Shown here: one piece after another, positions 51,912 to 63,147 of the stretch
Numbering within the stretch: position 1 is the first letter of the stretch
How the letters are laid out: every line of letters begins with the position of its first letter
Assembly (NCBI GenBank): GCA_030248215.1
Contig: JASANG010003765.1
Span: 124,001-188,000, forward strand
Reading direction: 5' to 3'
DNA from: Enoplolaimus lenunculus
Taxonomy: Eukaryota
Length of the DNA: 64,000 nt
The notes under the pieces: generated by a model
What the model was told of the DNA's origin: nothing
The model's input: only the letters and a program-made list of their open reading frames with translations
Database searches by the model: none
Made by a program: the position numbers and the translations under genes

Positions 51912-52165
51912 GCATGTCATGGAGACATGCATGTCCGTTTCGTGCAAATGCAATATAGTGCAATGTACTGTACGTATGCTGGTCGGCAGCATACTTGTCT
52001 TCATATCGTCGATGTTTAATAGTAGTTGAAGAGGTGGGCTGCGCGGCTCAGTGGTAGCGCGTTCACTTAAGGATCAACAGTCTTGAAGGTCGATCGCCAC
52101 TCTCTGGGCCAGCTTTTCCAGCTGCTTATTGAAAAGGTCTGAAGTCCAGGTTTCTACCTAGACTG
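51912..52165 (+). mobile_element. Hairpin + tRNA-derived repeat, second copy
   Basis: gcatgtc-atgga-gacatgc hairpin. tRNA-like head gggctgcgcggctcagtggtagcgcg from 52036. Tail aaaaggtctgaagtcc shared with the 16690 copy. Confidence 0.72.
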
Positions 52166-52466
52166 ACAACCACTTAACATATCTAAGGAGAAAGATTGAA
52201 ACGGAACATATTTCAGTATTCAAAGTAAGCTGTGGTAAAATTAGGTTTGGTTTTGACAAATCAGAAATCCTGTGTGTAAGCCTAAACCATTGTCTCAATT
52301 TTTCCACAACCTAAGGATGAAGCTACGCCTAAACCTAGCGTTACATGCAGGGGCAGCATGCAAGGGCCGAGGAAAAATCATTTAGTCCATTCTCTCAATC
52401 ACACGGCGACTAGCAATTTTCAAATATGCACCCATGTTTTATGGCAGAAAACTCATATTTCGGTAC

Positions 52467-52844
52467 CTGTGGCTTCATCCAGCATTTCAAACTTATACGT
52501 TGGTTTCGGTGGTCGAAACGCAATTTTCTTCACAACGCTTCTAGGACACGGCGGACAGCAGAGAATGTACGTTATCAGACCACACTGACTAATGCATCGA
52601 AACATTTGTTGCCACCACGGTACGTAGTCATGAGAATAACTGCTCGAACTTCGTCCTCCAGTTGCACCGCTTGTTTTGCGAGAGCCAGACGGTGAGCCTC
52701 GTTGTTGAATAACAGCATCGATGTCTTTGGAGTTGGTGGTATTTTTTGAATTCATGCACCATAGACAGTAGTCTTGGTGTTCCAAATGCGTCGGAAAATC
52801 AAGCTTTGGCACGTCAGCTTTTTTCGATACAGCGTCTTTGGTTT
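52467..52844 (-). CDS. ABHD17: ABHD17-like exon 2: palmitoylation Cys cluster
   Basis: LCCPPCPRSVVKKIAFRPPKPTY is the ABHD17 N-terminal signature. taacag acceptor and g|gtacc donor, both phase 1. Confidence 0.9.
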
Positions 52845-53060
52845 CTGTTAACAATATTAAAATTTGTTATTGGTTTTTTTCGACGAATCGCTGTGTTTTG
52901 AATTCGTCTATTTCAAATTGCACCGATTATTTATGCTTAAATAAGCCTCCGTACGATCATTTTTCTTGTGCTTCAGTCTGGGTGTAAACTTTAGCGGTAA
53001 TCTTAAATTTGGGGACAAGTATACAAAAGCCAAGGTTGGCTACGTTTGCCGTGAGCTGAC

Positions 53061-53316
53061 CTGGTCCCAATTCCACTTTGGGCAACGCTTTTGGAGTTAC
53101 ACACGGATTATCGGCACTATGCCGACGTTTAAGTCGCCTCGTGCGTTTAGTCTTGTGTCTTTTTGGTTTTCGAGTTAATTTAGTAGACGCTTTTGATCGC
53201 GCAAGCGGTGCGCTCTGACATGGTTGTATGTCATTCATGGTTTCACCCATAATGCTGTCAATTGAAACTGATGGTGTAAGCTCGGCGAACAGTGTTGAAA
53301 ATGTTTTATTCGCCAT
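53061..53316 (-). CDS. ABHD17: ABHD17-like probable exon 1: basic N-terminal extension
   Basis: ATG-initiated ORF 52957..53316. Donor cca g|gtcag (phase 1) fits the acceptor at 52844. No homology support visible. Confidence 0.6.
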
Positions 53317-55043
53317 AAATTAAATGAGTTGAAAACATTGAAAAAAATCCAGGTTGGAATTACAAGTTAATTTTTAAACCGTTAGCTGTGTTAAAAAAGT
53401 TATACCATCAGCGCATATAGCTTATGACCTTTAAAAGTATAACATAGGCTCAATTCATTGACACATCAATATATTTAAGTCTATATCTGCGTCAAAAGCT
53501 AAAAACTACTTGTACACGTTCCTCTGACACGCTCAAGCATACGGTTTGGAAAAAGGCTTACCTATGCGTATTGACCCTAAACCAAATCATTGCCTATGCC
53601 CGCAACGTTTAAAAAAGTTTAGAAGACCTAATAGGTGCACAAAGAGGAGGACGAGCGGACGAGTTGACCCCAAACTTAAATTTCTGTCCTGTGACCGCTA
53701 ACACTAAAACTACGCTGTAGCCAGCAACAGTGTGTCAGCGCATACGCGATAAACTTACGTTAAAGCGGACTCATGGCGCGCAGGCCTGATATAACCGGAA
53801 CTACCCAATAACTGCTGCATCTACATTTGAGCAAAGTCGCTAACTTATTAAAGTAGTTGCATGCAAATCATCTCGACCACAGCTCAGCCGACTCTGATGA
53901 AACATTTAACTAAGCCTGGGCAAACACGATTCTGATTGCTGAACCAAACAAAACGTATTTTTATATATACGCTTTTTACCATTGACCTTAAAATTGACAC
54001 CAAAAAGTCGCCGGCTGAAACGAGGTTTCCTTAGGATTTAGATTCGAAGTTTATGGACGCGAGGGCAGCCCCAAAGTCAACTGGCGCCGACAAAATGTGG
54101 TCAGCTTCCTCAAGGCCAAACCTCTAAAAACTGCACCTGTGCGGTATGTGGCTACTCAAGTGATGGTATCACCATCCGGCAGTAATACACCGTAAAGTCC
54201 ATCTTTGTTCGAGATGGTTTTCATCAAGTAATGTGCAGTTAGTGGCACATAAACTCGACGACAACAGTGTTTCGGACCCGAAACTAAGATATTTTGGTAA
54301 TTTACGTAGCAGGGGGCGCAATCACATCTGTACCCTTGTAAAAATCGAGATTTGCTTGCGAAAAAATGTCTCGCTATAAGCGACAAGTCACAAAGTGAAG
54401 GAAGCAAGTGAAGGGCCTTCTACTCTTTCTTTGAAGCGCGGAGTTCTTAGAAATTCTCCCGGAGCCAGAGTTTAATTTTCTGCAGGAGCCGGAAGCAAAC
54501 CTTCGGTTGTACATGAATACACAAGACTTTCACTAACAAAACTTATACATCGTTATATAATTCAGCTCTCCTGTTTAAAATTTGATGTGATTAAAGTTTA
54601 TTTTTAGTGATATTTCTAAGTGATTTACGTATAGTAAGGAATAAAAAATTGGAGACTGCGGATGCCTATAAACATAAACACAAATTTTTAGTCATGTCCA
54701 CATAATAAATTTCGGCTAGCCATCAGGGCGCAACCGCAGATGAAACTACCGGATCTGGAAGTCAAAAACTCTGCCACAGTTGGAAGTTAAGCAACATCAG
54801 GCAGTTATAAATGCATCTGTACAGCGTTCTCAAAAAAATTTGATTTTTGGTGTATTTTTTAAAAGAATTCGGACAGTTACCTCCTCAAAGTTGTACGAAA
54901 GTTAAATCTAAACGCACCGACCATACAATTTTTGTAAAACTATAGTAAATTTTACTACCAAAATTGCCGGAACTTTCGTCAGAAATTCCGCCGTAGCCTG
55001 AGGTTGATTTCTTGGTGTAGCCGAACGCAGACATCCTCTTGTA

Positions 55044-55489
55044 CTGCAGTGACCCGAATACGAGGGGGGTGGACTGATATATATTTGGCATCTCCAGAGG
55101 GTGCCCCCTTGTTATTCAGTTACGTACTGTTATTTATTTTTAACCCACGCTCCGCCGCCCTTCGGTATTGATATATATCCGGTACTGCAATTATCCGTTG
55201 AATTAAACGTTTATTTGTCTTTTGTCAATAGCTTGAGCGATAATACACGGTTACACTTAGGAATGTACTTTCAAAATTTACGTACACTTTAAAGTTTCGA
55301 ACTCAAATTATTTGGTCCTGGAGTCACTTAAGCGTTACAATTAGGGTTACTTGACATTTATAGACTCTAATTAGGGCTTAGGGACTCTATCCGCTTACGG
55401 ACTCTTATTACGGACACGGACTCCTATTGATTCAGACTCAAAATGGCGACCTCCCTCTTATTACCCCCTTCTTATTCGGGTCAATACAG
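55044..55489. mobile_element. Family A MITE
   Basis: ta|ctgcagtgacccgaatacgagg ... cttattcgggtcaatacag|ta. Confidence 0.9.
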
Positions 55490-55880
55490 TACAACATATA
55501 CAAACATGCTAAAACACATAAACAGTCTTACAAATTTTTATTTTCACAGTTTGTTGTCATCAAACATATAATTAAACTAATTTTTTCAAAATACATAGCA
55601 TTGCTGCAAATCCTCAACCAGCATATTGCGGCGCCCATCTTGCGCTGATCAATTACTTAATACCATGTTAGGTACCACAGATTAATTTTAATTTAATCGT
55701 AACAAGTATACTTTGCGCACAATATTTGCCCACTTAAATTCGGGGCACCTCATTGTTATGAAGCGTAAATTACGTTATATTGTATAATCTATAATTTGTT
55801 CAGTATAATTTTCAAAACATATCTCAAGATGGGCGACCTTGTATTACATTTTGATTTGTCGAAAATTTCGATCCTATATT

Positions 55881-56081
55881 TTACGGTTCAATAAGCGAAT
55901 GCCATCTTGCAATTGTATCATCAGCCGCTTCGGTCATATCCCGCCAATGCGTATCTATTTCGCGTCGTCCAGACGATGCTCCAACGTTCAACCAACCAAT
56001 CAAAACTCGCCGACGCCAAATACTCAAAATACAATACACTGACAGCGTCAACGAAATATAGTCTAACTCTTGGTCTGGGAC
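55881..56081 (-). CDS. SYT14/16: Synaptotagmin-14/16-like last exon (end of C2B)
   Basis: VPDQELDYISLTLSVY...LIGWLNVG...HWRDM...IARWHSLIEP* resembles the Syt14/16 C-terminus with WHxL motif. tttcag acceptor. Confidence 0.9.
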   Translation of the reverse strand, partial: VPDQELDYISLTLSVYCILSIWRRRVLIGWLNVGASSGRREIDTHWRDMTEAADDTIARWHSLIEP

Positions 56082-56404
56082 CTGAAAAGTACGATAAAAA
56101 AGTTTCCCTACAATGTGATGGAGTAGTATATATGTCGTAGCCTCTGTATTCATGTATCCATATTGGCAATATTGCTAGCCACAGCACCAAATGGTCACAG
56201 TGACTAGCCACCACAGCAATGACTCGTGATTGGTTCATTTGCTGGCAAATCACAACCTTAGTACATAGGCGCCATTTAGAACCCTAAACACCGCTAGCAC
56301 CACTAAAAATACGCTACAAAACTATGGACCAATCACAGTCCGATTCGGTTTGTTTAGCTACGATGCGTGCACCTCAAAAATGATCAATCCCCAACCATGC
56401 ACTG

Positions 56405-56520
56405 TAGGCAGTTTAGTACATTAATGTTAACCAATCAAAAGCCGTTTAGGCATTAAGTACATTAATGTTAACCAATCAAAACCGTTTAGGCATTAAGTAC
56501 ATTAATGTTAACCAATCAGA
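56405..56520. repeat. 40-41-bp tandem repeat, about 2.7 copies
   Basis: Unit agtacattaatgttaaccaatcaaaagccgtttaggcatta starts at 56415, 56456 and 56496. Confidence 0.9.
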
Positions 56521-57070
56521 AGCTGTTACTGTGGTAGATAAATACTGCGATAATTATTGGTGCGGTGGCACTAGTGTTATCGGTACGGCTAATTGGTGAA
56601 GTGGTTACGACATACATTTTAATCACAAACACTCCTTTAAACTTGCTACCGTATTGTTATGCTGGTACTGTTGGGCGTTCAACTCACAAACGATCAAAAT
56701 ACCAAGGATATATCACCAAAAACCATCGCATAAGTTACTGAGGCCCCCGTTTGAATCAACAAAATTTTTGCGTTATCAGTTTACGATATATGCTATGCGC
56801 TGAAGCCCCGCAGCCAATGGTAAATTGAGGAATTCGGACTATGTTTTTTAAAAACATATTTTTGTAAACTTACGGTTCCAAAAAAGGATGTACCCAACCC
56901 TCACGAGCCCCCGGATCGGTTACTGTTATGTAGTGCACTAGATCCTTGAAGAAATAAGCGTTATTACCTAATTTTCTGTATTTAAAATATACATTTTTGC
57001 AGCATAAGTATCAGCCCAGTGCGCTAACTACTTACAATTATATATCAATACAAATGATAAATCCGCTTAC

Positions 57071-57186
57071 TTGAAAGACAAACGACTCGTCAAACAGCGG
57101 TGATGCTCGTTGCTTAACCAGTTTTGTTTTGTATTTTCCAATTTCGTCGCCATACGGAGAGAGTAATGTTACTTTTACAAATGTAT
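57071..57186 (-). CDS. SYT14/16: Synaptotagmin-14/16-like exon (C2B)
   Basis: Manual translation DTFVKVTLLSPYGDEIGKYKTKLVKQRASPLFDESFVFQ. tttaag acceptor, gtaagc donor. Confidence 0.92.
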
Positions 57187-57499
57187 CTTAAAATTAAAAA
57201 AAAAACGAACGCCTCAAAAATTGCGTAACTTGTAGGTTTGAGTAAAAATCAAAATGCGTCGCATAACAATACGCAAAGAATAATTGTCCGACATAACATA
57301 GTACGCTTGCTTTAGGATACCTAACATTAACATAAAGAGATTAAAGTTCCATTTGTAAGGGAAAAACCTTGTCAGAGCCAGGAACCACGCTTGTCAAGCT
57401 GCACTGAAACTGTCTAAACAGGACGTGAAAAGCGGCCAAAAATTTTTAGGTCATGAATAATTTATCTGTAATCTAGTGAAAAAAGTCTGGCTTCAATAC

Positions 57500-57668
57500 C
57501 TGGTAGCTCGCTAAAAACGCCGAGCCCACGCGCTTTGAGTACTGAAACGACGAGTTTGCCTGCCGTAGAGATGTACATGAGTCCAACTAGCAACGCTGGT
57601 ACGTTTACTGCCGGTTCTTCCGGACGCGGCGATAGCAATATAGCACTGTCGCATAAAGCTGATACTTC
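57500..57668 (-). CDS. SYT14/16: Synaptotagmin-14/16-like exon (start of C2B)
   Basis: Manual translation ...VPALLVGLMYISTAGKLVVSVLKARGLGVFSELP. ttccag acceptor, phase-1 donor. Confidence 0.9.
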
Positions 57669-58108
57669 CTGGAAACAAACAATGGTTCGAGCAAAGAATT
57701 TTTCTTCAAAATATAAACGATAAAGCGTAGCAACATTTTAGACTAAAGCTACGTAATTATTATCCATTTAAATGAAAAAGTCAGTTTTGTTTCCCTATTT
57801 GTTTACTTAACGGTTATTCGAATGATCTGGTATGACATAATATAAACAAAATGAAACAAATTATTCTGAGCACGTCAGCAAAAGGAATGAGTATTTCATC
57901 TAAACGAAGAAGTATTTTATCCAGAACGTCCCAAACCTGGGCTTGGACCGACACTGAAAATCAACCATAGCAGTTTGTTATAAACCAGCTCACCACTGAT
58001 TACATATAAAACAATTACATTTCCAACATTTTACGCAGGCGAGGGTGTAGTAAACCGTGCAACAAACAGTACCAAACTATCCTGAGAATCGTTTACTGAA
58101 TAAAAGAT

Positions 58109-58417
58109 GGCGCTGTACCCGTCGTGCGGCGCCGTTTCGTCACCGTCCGCCGTCCGTTGAAGTCCGTCATCGTCCGCCACGCGTCACCCGTACAGCGCAG
58201 TCGGTCACCGTCCGGGGTCGTCCACACAAATCACACACATATGATACCGTATAGTGACGGACGGTGACAGACGGCGCCGTACGGGTGACGCAAAGTGACG
58301 GACGGGCGACGGACGATGACGGACCACGCTGGACGGGTGACGGACCGCGCCGGACGGGTGACGGACCGCGCCGGACGGGTGACGGACGGCGGCGGACGTC
58401 AACAAAAGTATAGCGCA
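58109..58417. mobile_element. GC-rich foldback element with 21-bp internal tandem repeats
   Basis: Ends ggcgctgtac / gtatagcgc. ccgtcacc motifs on the left mirror ggtgacgg motifs on the right. Intronic in the synaptotagmin gene. Confidence 0.7.
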
Positions 58418-58562
58418 AATATAATTGCGGTCCGACATTCCCGTTGTCTATGTGAAGCAGGATATAAACGCCTAACAGAGCAATCGAACTAAGGTTACAA
58501 CTTCAAAACCCATACATTGCAAAAATTATCAAATTTTAAAAACAGAATCAAAACTTAATTAC

Positions 58563-58828
58563 CTGTTTAATCGGTTGAAGTGTCAACGTGTAAATGACCG
58601 GACCAACAATTTCTTCATCGATTTCAGACAAATCTAAAAACGCCTCGACTGGAATGATCGTCCCATTTTCGGTGTCGCCATTTCTTCCACTGATTTCCGG
58701 CGACTCTGTTGACCTTGTTGCTGTTGTTGTTGTTGTTGTTGCGCGTGTTGAAGTCGGTGGTGGTTGCGAGTCAAACACGTCGTCATCCGCAATGAACCAA
58801 AACCGCAAGTTCGAAGCAAGCAAGTCGT
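58563..58828 (-). CDS. SYT14/16: Synaptotagmin-14/16-like exon (end of C2A with Thr-rich insert)
   Basis: ORF 58548..58823. tttcag acceptor (phase 1), cag|gtaat donor (phase 0). Confidence 0.85.
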
Positions 58829-59419
58829 CTGAAAAAGCAAATCATCACGTGTTTGTCCGTTACACTGTTTGATTGCCGTTAAAATATATGCGCAGAGCGC
58901 ACATAAAGTCGACAACGAAATTTGGCTTGTTAAGAGAATTGAGGTTCCACAAACCGATCCTAACTTAACAACCCGTCATCTCCAAAAAAGCAGCAACACA
59001 GTTTTGATGAAATTTTCTCATGCTCAGACATATTTACTGTTTTAATACCAATTCCTTCAGGAGGGCCCGCTCCAAACTAGTGGAGCCGTGCTGAAAATAG
59101 GTCGGGTTTTTCACTTGTTGCGCTCGTACGCAACTTTATTGCCCGCACTCAGTGACGGTCCAGGGGGATGGGACATTGCATTCCCCATCTTGCAGTGCTG
59201 ACAGTTGTGCAACTTCAATTTTTCATCTCCAGTTCACAATGTGTTTTGTATTAGGCAAATAGGTAAAAATGTTTTCAAAATTTACACGTTATTGTATATC
59301 AGTTTCACTGCAACCGTGTTAGTGTTTTATAAATAAATTTGAACCCTCAAATATGTAACCCTCAAATATGTAACACTTCTACGTAATTATGCTCATGATG
59401 TGTTCGCATTCTTAACGTT

Positions 59420-59800
59420 TGGGCCAAAAAATTGTCAAAACAAGTTTGGTAAATTATATATCAGTCGACGCAGCTTGCGGATCTGAGTCAGACGATTTCA
59501 TCTTTTTTGCAATCAAGCGTTTTGCTCGCGAGTTCGGGTCAAACAGTTGATTTGGAGCGATATCATCGATTTGAGATGGCACCAAAGCAGTTATTTGACA
59601 AAACTTTTTAACTAGACATCTCATATCCCATTGAGGAAAATTTATAACTATTTGACTCAGCTTTTGAAGCTGCATCGACTGATATATAATTTGTTTAACT
59701 TTTTAACAAATGTTTTTTGTTCTCACGAAACGGCCATAAGGTCTAATATGCAAAAATTTACCAAATCTTACCATTTATGGGCAAACGCTGGCTGGCTAGT
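59420..59800. mobile_element. Family C element, degenerate inverted copy
   Basis: aaattatata.tc.a.gcagctt arms and final ccatttatgggcaaacgctggct, the reverse complement of the family C arm. Confidence 0.62.
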
Positions 59801-59990
59801 GCCTAACGTAAAAGAGTAATAGCCTTAATATTTTTCCATGGCATCGGATCTCTCATACTTTTTTTATTTCCACAATTTTTTTATTCTTAGTTTTTTATAT
59901 TTTGCCTATTAATTTTTTTCTTTTTATTACATAGAATCGCCTTGAAATCAACAAAGCGATAACGAAACTTCAATTTAAATTTGAACTAAC

Positions 59991-60192
59991 CTGGCTTGAT
60001 TGACAACTTGAACAACTTATCGAACTGAACGTCACGCCAGCGTCGGCATAATTTCGTTATACTCATCAGCGACGCTGCACCAGGAGCTGAGTAATGCGTC
60101 ACTGAACGTGTTGGTGGCATTAAACCAATGTACAGAAGAGCGTTATTGATTCCCGGCGTCAAATTTTGCGATTCTATTATGGTAATAAGAAG
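59991..60192 (-). CDS. SYT14/16: Synaptotagmin-14/16-like exon (C2A)
   Basis: LLITIIESQNL...LYIGLMPP...VQFDKLFKLSIKP. tttcag acceptor, g|gttag donor. Confidence 0.85.
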
Positions 60193-60684
60193 CTGAAATA
60201 AAAGTGGAAAAAACTTTACTTGTGCTAAATCAAAAATCGAATCAAGTCTCAAATGATTATTTAAACAATGCTTAATATCAATCGGAAAAGCACAGAAATT
60301 CCAGTAGCGAGTTTGAAAACTATTTTTGTACGAGTCAAGTTCGTTTTGCGATCTTTGTTTATTTCTTAAACACGTACAATACAAGCACACTAACAAATAA
60401 AGCTCAGCTAACGTTTAACTACGAAATACGACACAAACGAGGTGTACCGCCCTGACAAAATTAGTTGTTCAATTCAACTTAACAATTAACAAGAATATAT
60501 TCAATTCAACTGAACAAAAACAATATTTTTCAGTAGCGTAACTAAAATTCACTTCTTTTTTACCGAAAGTAAAAAATTCCGGTTTTACTCACCGATTTAA
60601 AACCTGTTTTTATTCGGGGTTGCAAAGTTTAGACATAATCACTACGCTACGTCTTGCGTAGGGAAATGTTTAGACAAAACTAAC

Positions 60685-60777
60685 CTCTTGCTGTTCAACA
60701 AAATAACTAACGGCTACTTTAAGTGTACCGTATGGTTTGTCAGTATCATTAATTGCAATTGCAGGACAAATATCTTC
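60685..60777 (-). CDS. SYT14/16: Synaptotagmin-14/16-like exon (first C2A strand)
   Basis: EDICPAIAINDTDKPYGTLKVAVSYFVEQQE joins in frame to LLITII, a typical C2 beta1-beta2 pattern. Phase 0-0. Confidence 0.85.
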
Positions 60778-61218
60778 CTAAATTTACCCAAATACAACGT
60801 TAAACCAAAACTGCCAGACAAAATATCACTTGTTTCGAGTTGTCAATCTATCTTTCTGTTTTGAGCATAACTTAGCTCAGATTATAACTTCTTAAAGATG
60901 TCACACCTTAAATTTTGAAACTTTAACTTAAGTCAGGAGGTTGTCAACAAGTATTTTCATTTTCAACCAAGGAAACAATGGAACATAACGTCTTCGCTAA
61001 TTCTGAGTTGCTACTGGAAACTTGTCAATGAGACAATCGGCACCTTTAGGAACAGTCAATTTATGTATCAAAAAAATTCAACCTGTGAAAATAACTTTCT
61101 TTCTTGACTTAACTCCGACATCGATTTAAGTCAGACGTCAAGTTGCACACAAGTCCTGTCTGAGCAACCCAGCAATTATAAATATGTTTCAAAGTTGTGA
61201 ATGAACATACAAACATAC

Positions 61219-61303
61219 CAGATTGCACGCATCATCAAATAAATCAGATTCGGTCACATATTCGTTTTCATAATTACACAAAGTCGACGGAGGTTCATTC
61301 GAT
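61219..61303 (-). CDS. SYT14/16: Synaptotagmin-like linker exon
   Basis: tttcag acceptor (phase 2), ctg|gtatgt donor (phase 0). Open frame SNEPPSTLCNYENEYVTESDLFDDACNL. Confidence 0.7.
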
Positions 61304-61856
61304 CTGAAATCGAAATTTACAACAGCAGTTACAACTCATGTGAAAATATTGAAGAATATTAATTGAAAGTGACAAGATGATCTATAATTGCAGGCAACTG
61401 TTGAAACTCAAATATGCAAATTATATCTACATCTATATTCAAGACACACACTCATGTTCGTTATATGGGCCTCACCATTGGGAGACATGGGAACTGGACG
61501 ACTGAGATGGGAAGCTTAGGCTAGGCTTAGAATTAGGCTCATGTTTCGGCTTAGGCTTAAGCTCCGGTTTTGTAGACAAGCCCTTATAGTTAACATAGGG
61601 AAAGCCAACTATTATCCTATAGGTTGTTTAGATACGGCAATATTCACATTAACTAAACTCTGAATCCGTTTCAGTAAACATGAATAATAATTATGAATGC
61701 TTACATCTTGGTCAAAATAATTTTAGTATCTTACAATAATGCGGTCGTAGAATGAACAAGTTTAGATAATAGGAACAAATAGTTATACATTGCTTAAGTG
61801 GTAAAATTTTGGTTTTTCAAACGATTCAAATGTCAACCATTTTAATATCAACGTAC

Positions 61857-61947
61857 TCTCGATATTCGTGTGCACCATTCTGTGCAAGAGAACTTCGTTT
61901 TTCGTATACTTCGATCAACGAACGCGACAGCGTTTTCTGTGGATCAT
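61857..61947 (-). CDS. SYT14/16: Synaptotagmin-like linker exon
   Basis: ttgcag acceptor (phase 1), ga|gtacgt donor (phase 2). DDPQKTLSRSLIEVYEKRSSLAQNGAHEYRE. Confidence 0.65.
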
Positions 61948-62034
61948 CTGCAACAACAGCAAAATTAAACTTTGATTTTCACAATTTACTATATGACAGG
62001 GTTTGTAAAGTCTGTCCATATTTTCAAATGAGCA

Positions 62035-62225
62035 TTAGAATTTATCATCGGTTAGCGATAGGCTTTCAAACTGACAAACTCATATCTTAATAGCACGTTG
62101 GCAGAGATGCAAATCATTTGCGGAAAAGTATGTTTAATTTCGAACGGTCACCATTCACTGGGTTGGAAGATACAACAGCATACCACCAACTTATGATAGG
62201 TGCTACACGTATTTGACAATACGGA
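62035..62225. mobile_element. MITE family G copy
   Basis: tcaccattcactgg core and gataggtgctacacgtatttgacaatacgg end. Confidence 0.62.
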
Positions 62226-63045
62226 CGCTAACTTTGTTGAATTTTAAAAAAATTTTGCGAACGAAGCATGTGCAAAGCTTTACACAATTTTAAAATTGAG
62301 GCGTTCTAACAACAACTGTCAGTATCCTGCGGGATCAAAAGAGTGATTCGATCGGTCGATCCCCCAGATCGGCCATATAATTTCCGAAAAAAATATCGCT
62401 AGTGAGAAACTAGAAGGTGCTCCAGTATTACCAGGCGCCGTCGCCAGGGGGAACTGAGGATATAGGTCGTCGATAAAGACCCAAGAAATGTTTTGTGACT
62501 ACTACAAAAAGATTTAATGCCAAAATAGGTTTAGATTCACACTCGCTCTTCCCACTTTACACGCATGATAACAGTGGACCTAGCAGCAGACAGCGATTCA
62601 CGAATTCCTCAAAACTCAACCAGTGCTGTAACTCCTGAATGCCCAGACTCCTCTCAATAGAAAATCCTGGTTACTGCGCCGGAGTATTTATATCGCTCGG
62701 CTTTGCAACAGTCGCAAAACTTTTTCCTCCACAAATTATGGAGGAGACCACCAACCAAATCCACGTCCTTGGCTACGCGCCTACTCAGCAGTAGCAGGTT
62801 CAGAAATCTCTCGCGACGGCGTGCTGGCAAAAGTTATCAAACGCAATTTTCACTGTATGCAATATATGCTAATTTTATAAAACGGAACAATCGTAAAGTG
62901 TACCTTACCATTTTATCGCAAAAAATCTTCTGACGAAAGAGTAGGCCCCCGCACCCTTCCTCTCGATCCGACAGCGCTGCTGAGTGCCGAAAGATAAACA
63001 AAATTTTAAATCCAAATATAAACTCAAAGTACTTATAAGCATCAC

Positions 63046-63147
63046 CTGACGAACTAAGATCCGAAAACGTGTGATATGCGCGATAGTTATTGCTGTTCTG
63101 TTTGTCGCTGCTATTGAGCAGGTTCGCACGCAAATTTGTCATTTCAG
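63046..63147 (-). CDS. SYT14/16: Synaptotagmin-like linker exon
   Basis: Within ORF 62837..63178. tttcag acceptor and tca g|gtgat donor, both phase 1. Donor choice uncertain. Confidence 0.55.

Noticed and set aside
53317..55880. Operon-like linkage of Syt, ABHD17 and FoxP (all minus strand)
   Set aside because: Spacers are 2.6 kb and about 27 kb with MITE insertions. Co-orientation of three genes is not evidence by itself.
58057..58492. Arg/Pro-rich ORFs and CRISPR-like periodicity
   Set aside because: 21-bp tandem units without unique spacers inside an intronic foldback element. No cas genes, eukaryotic context.
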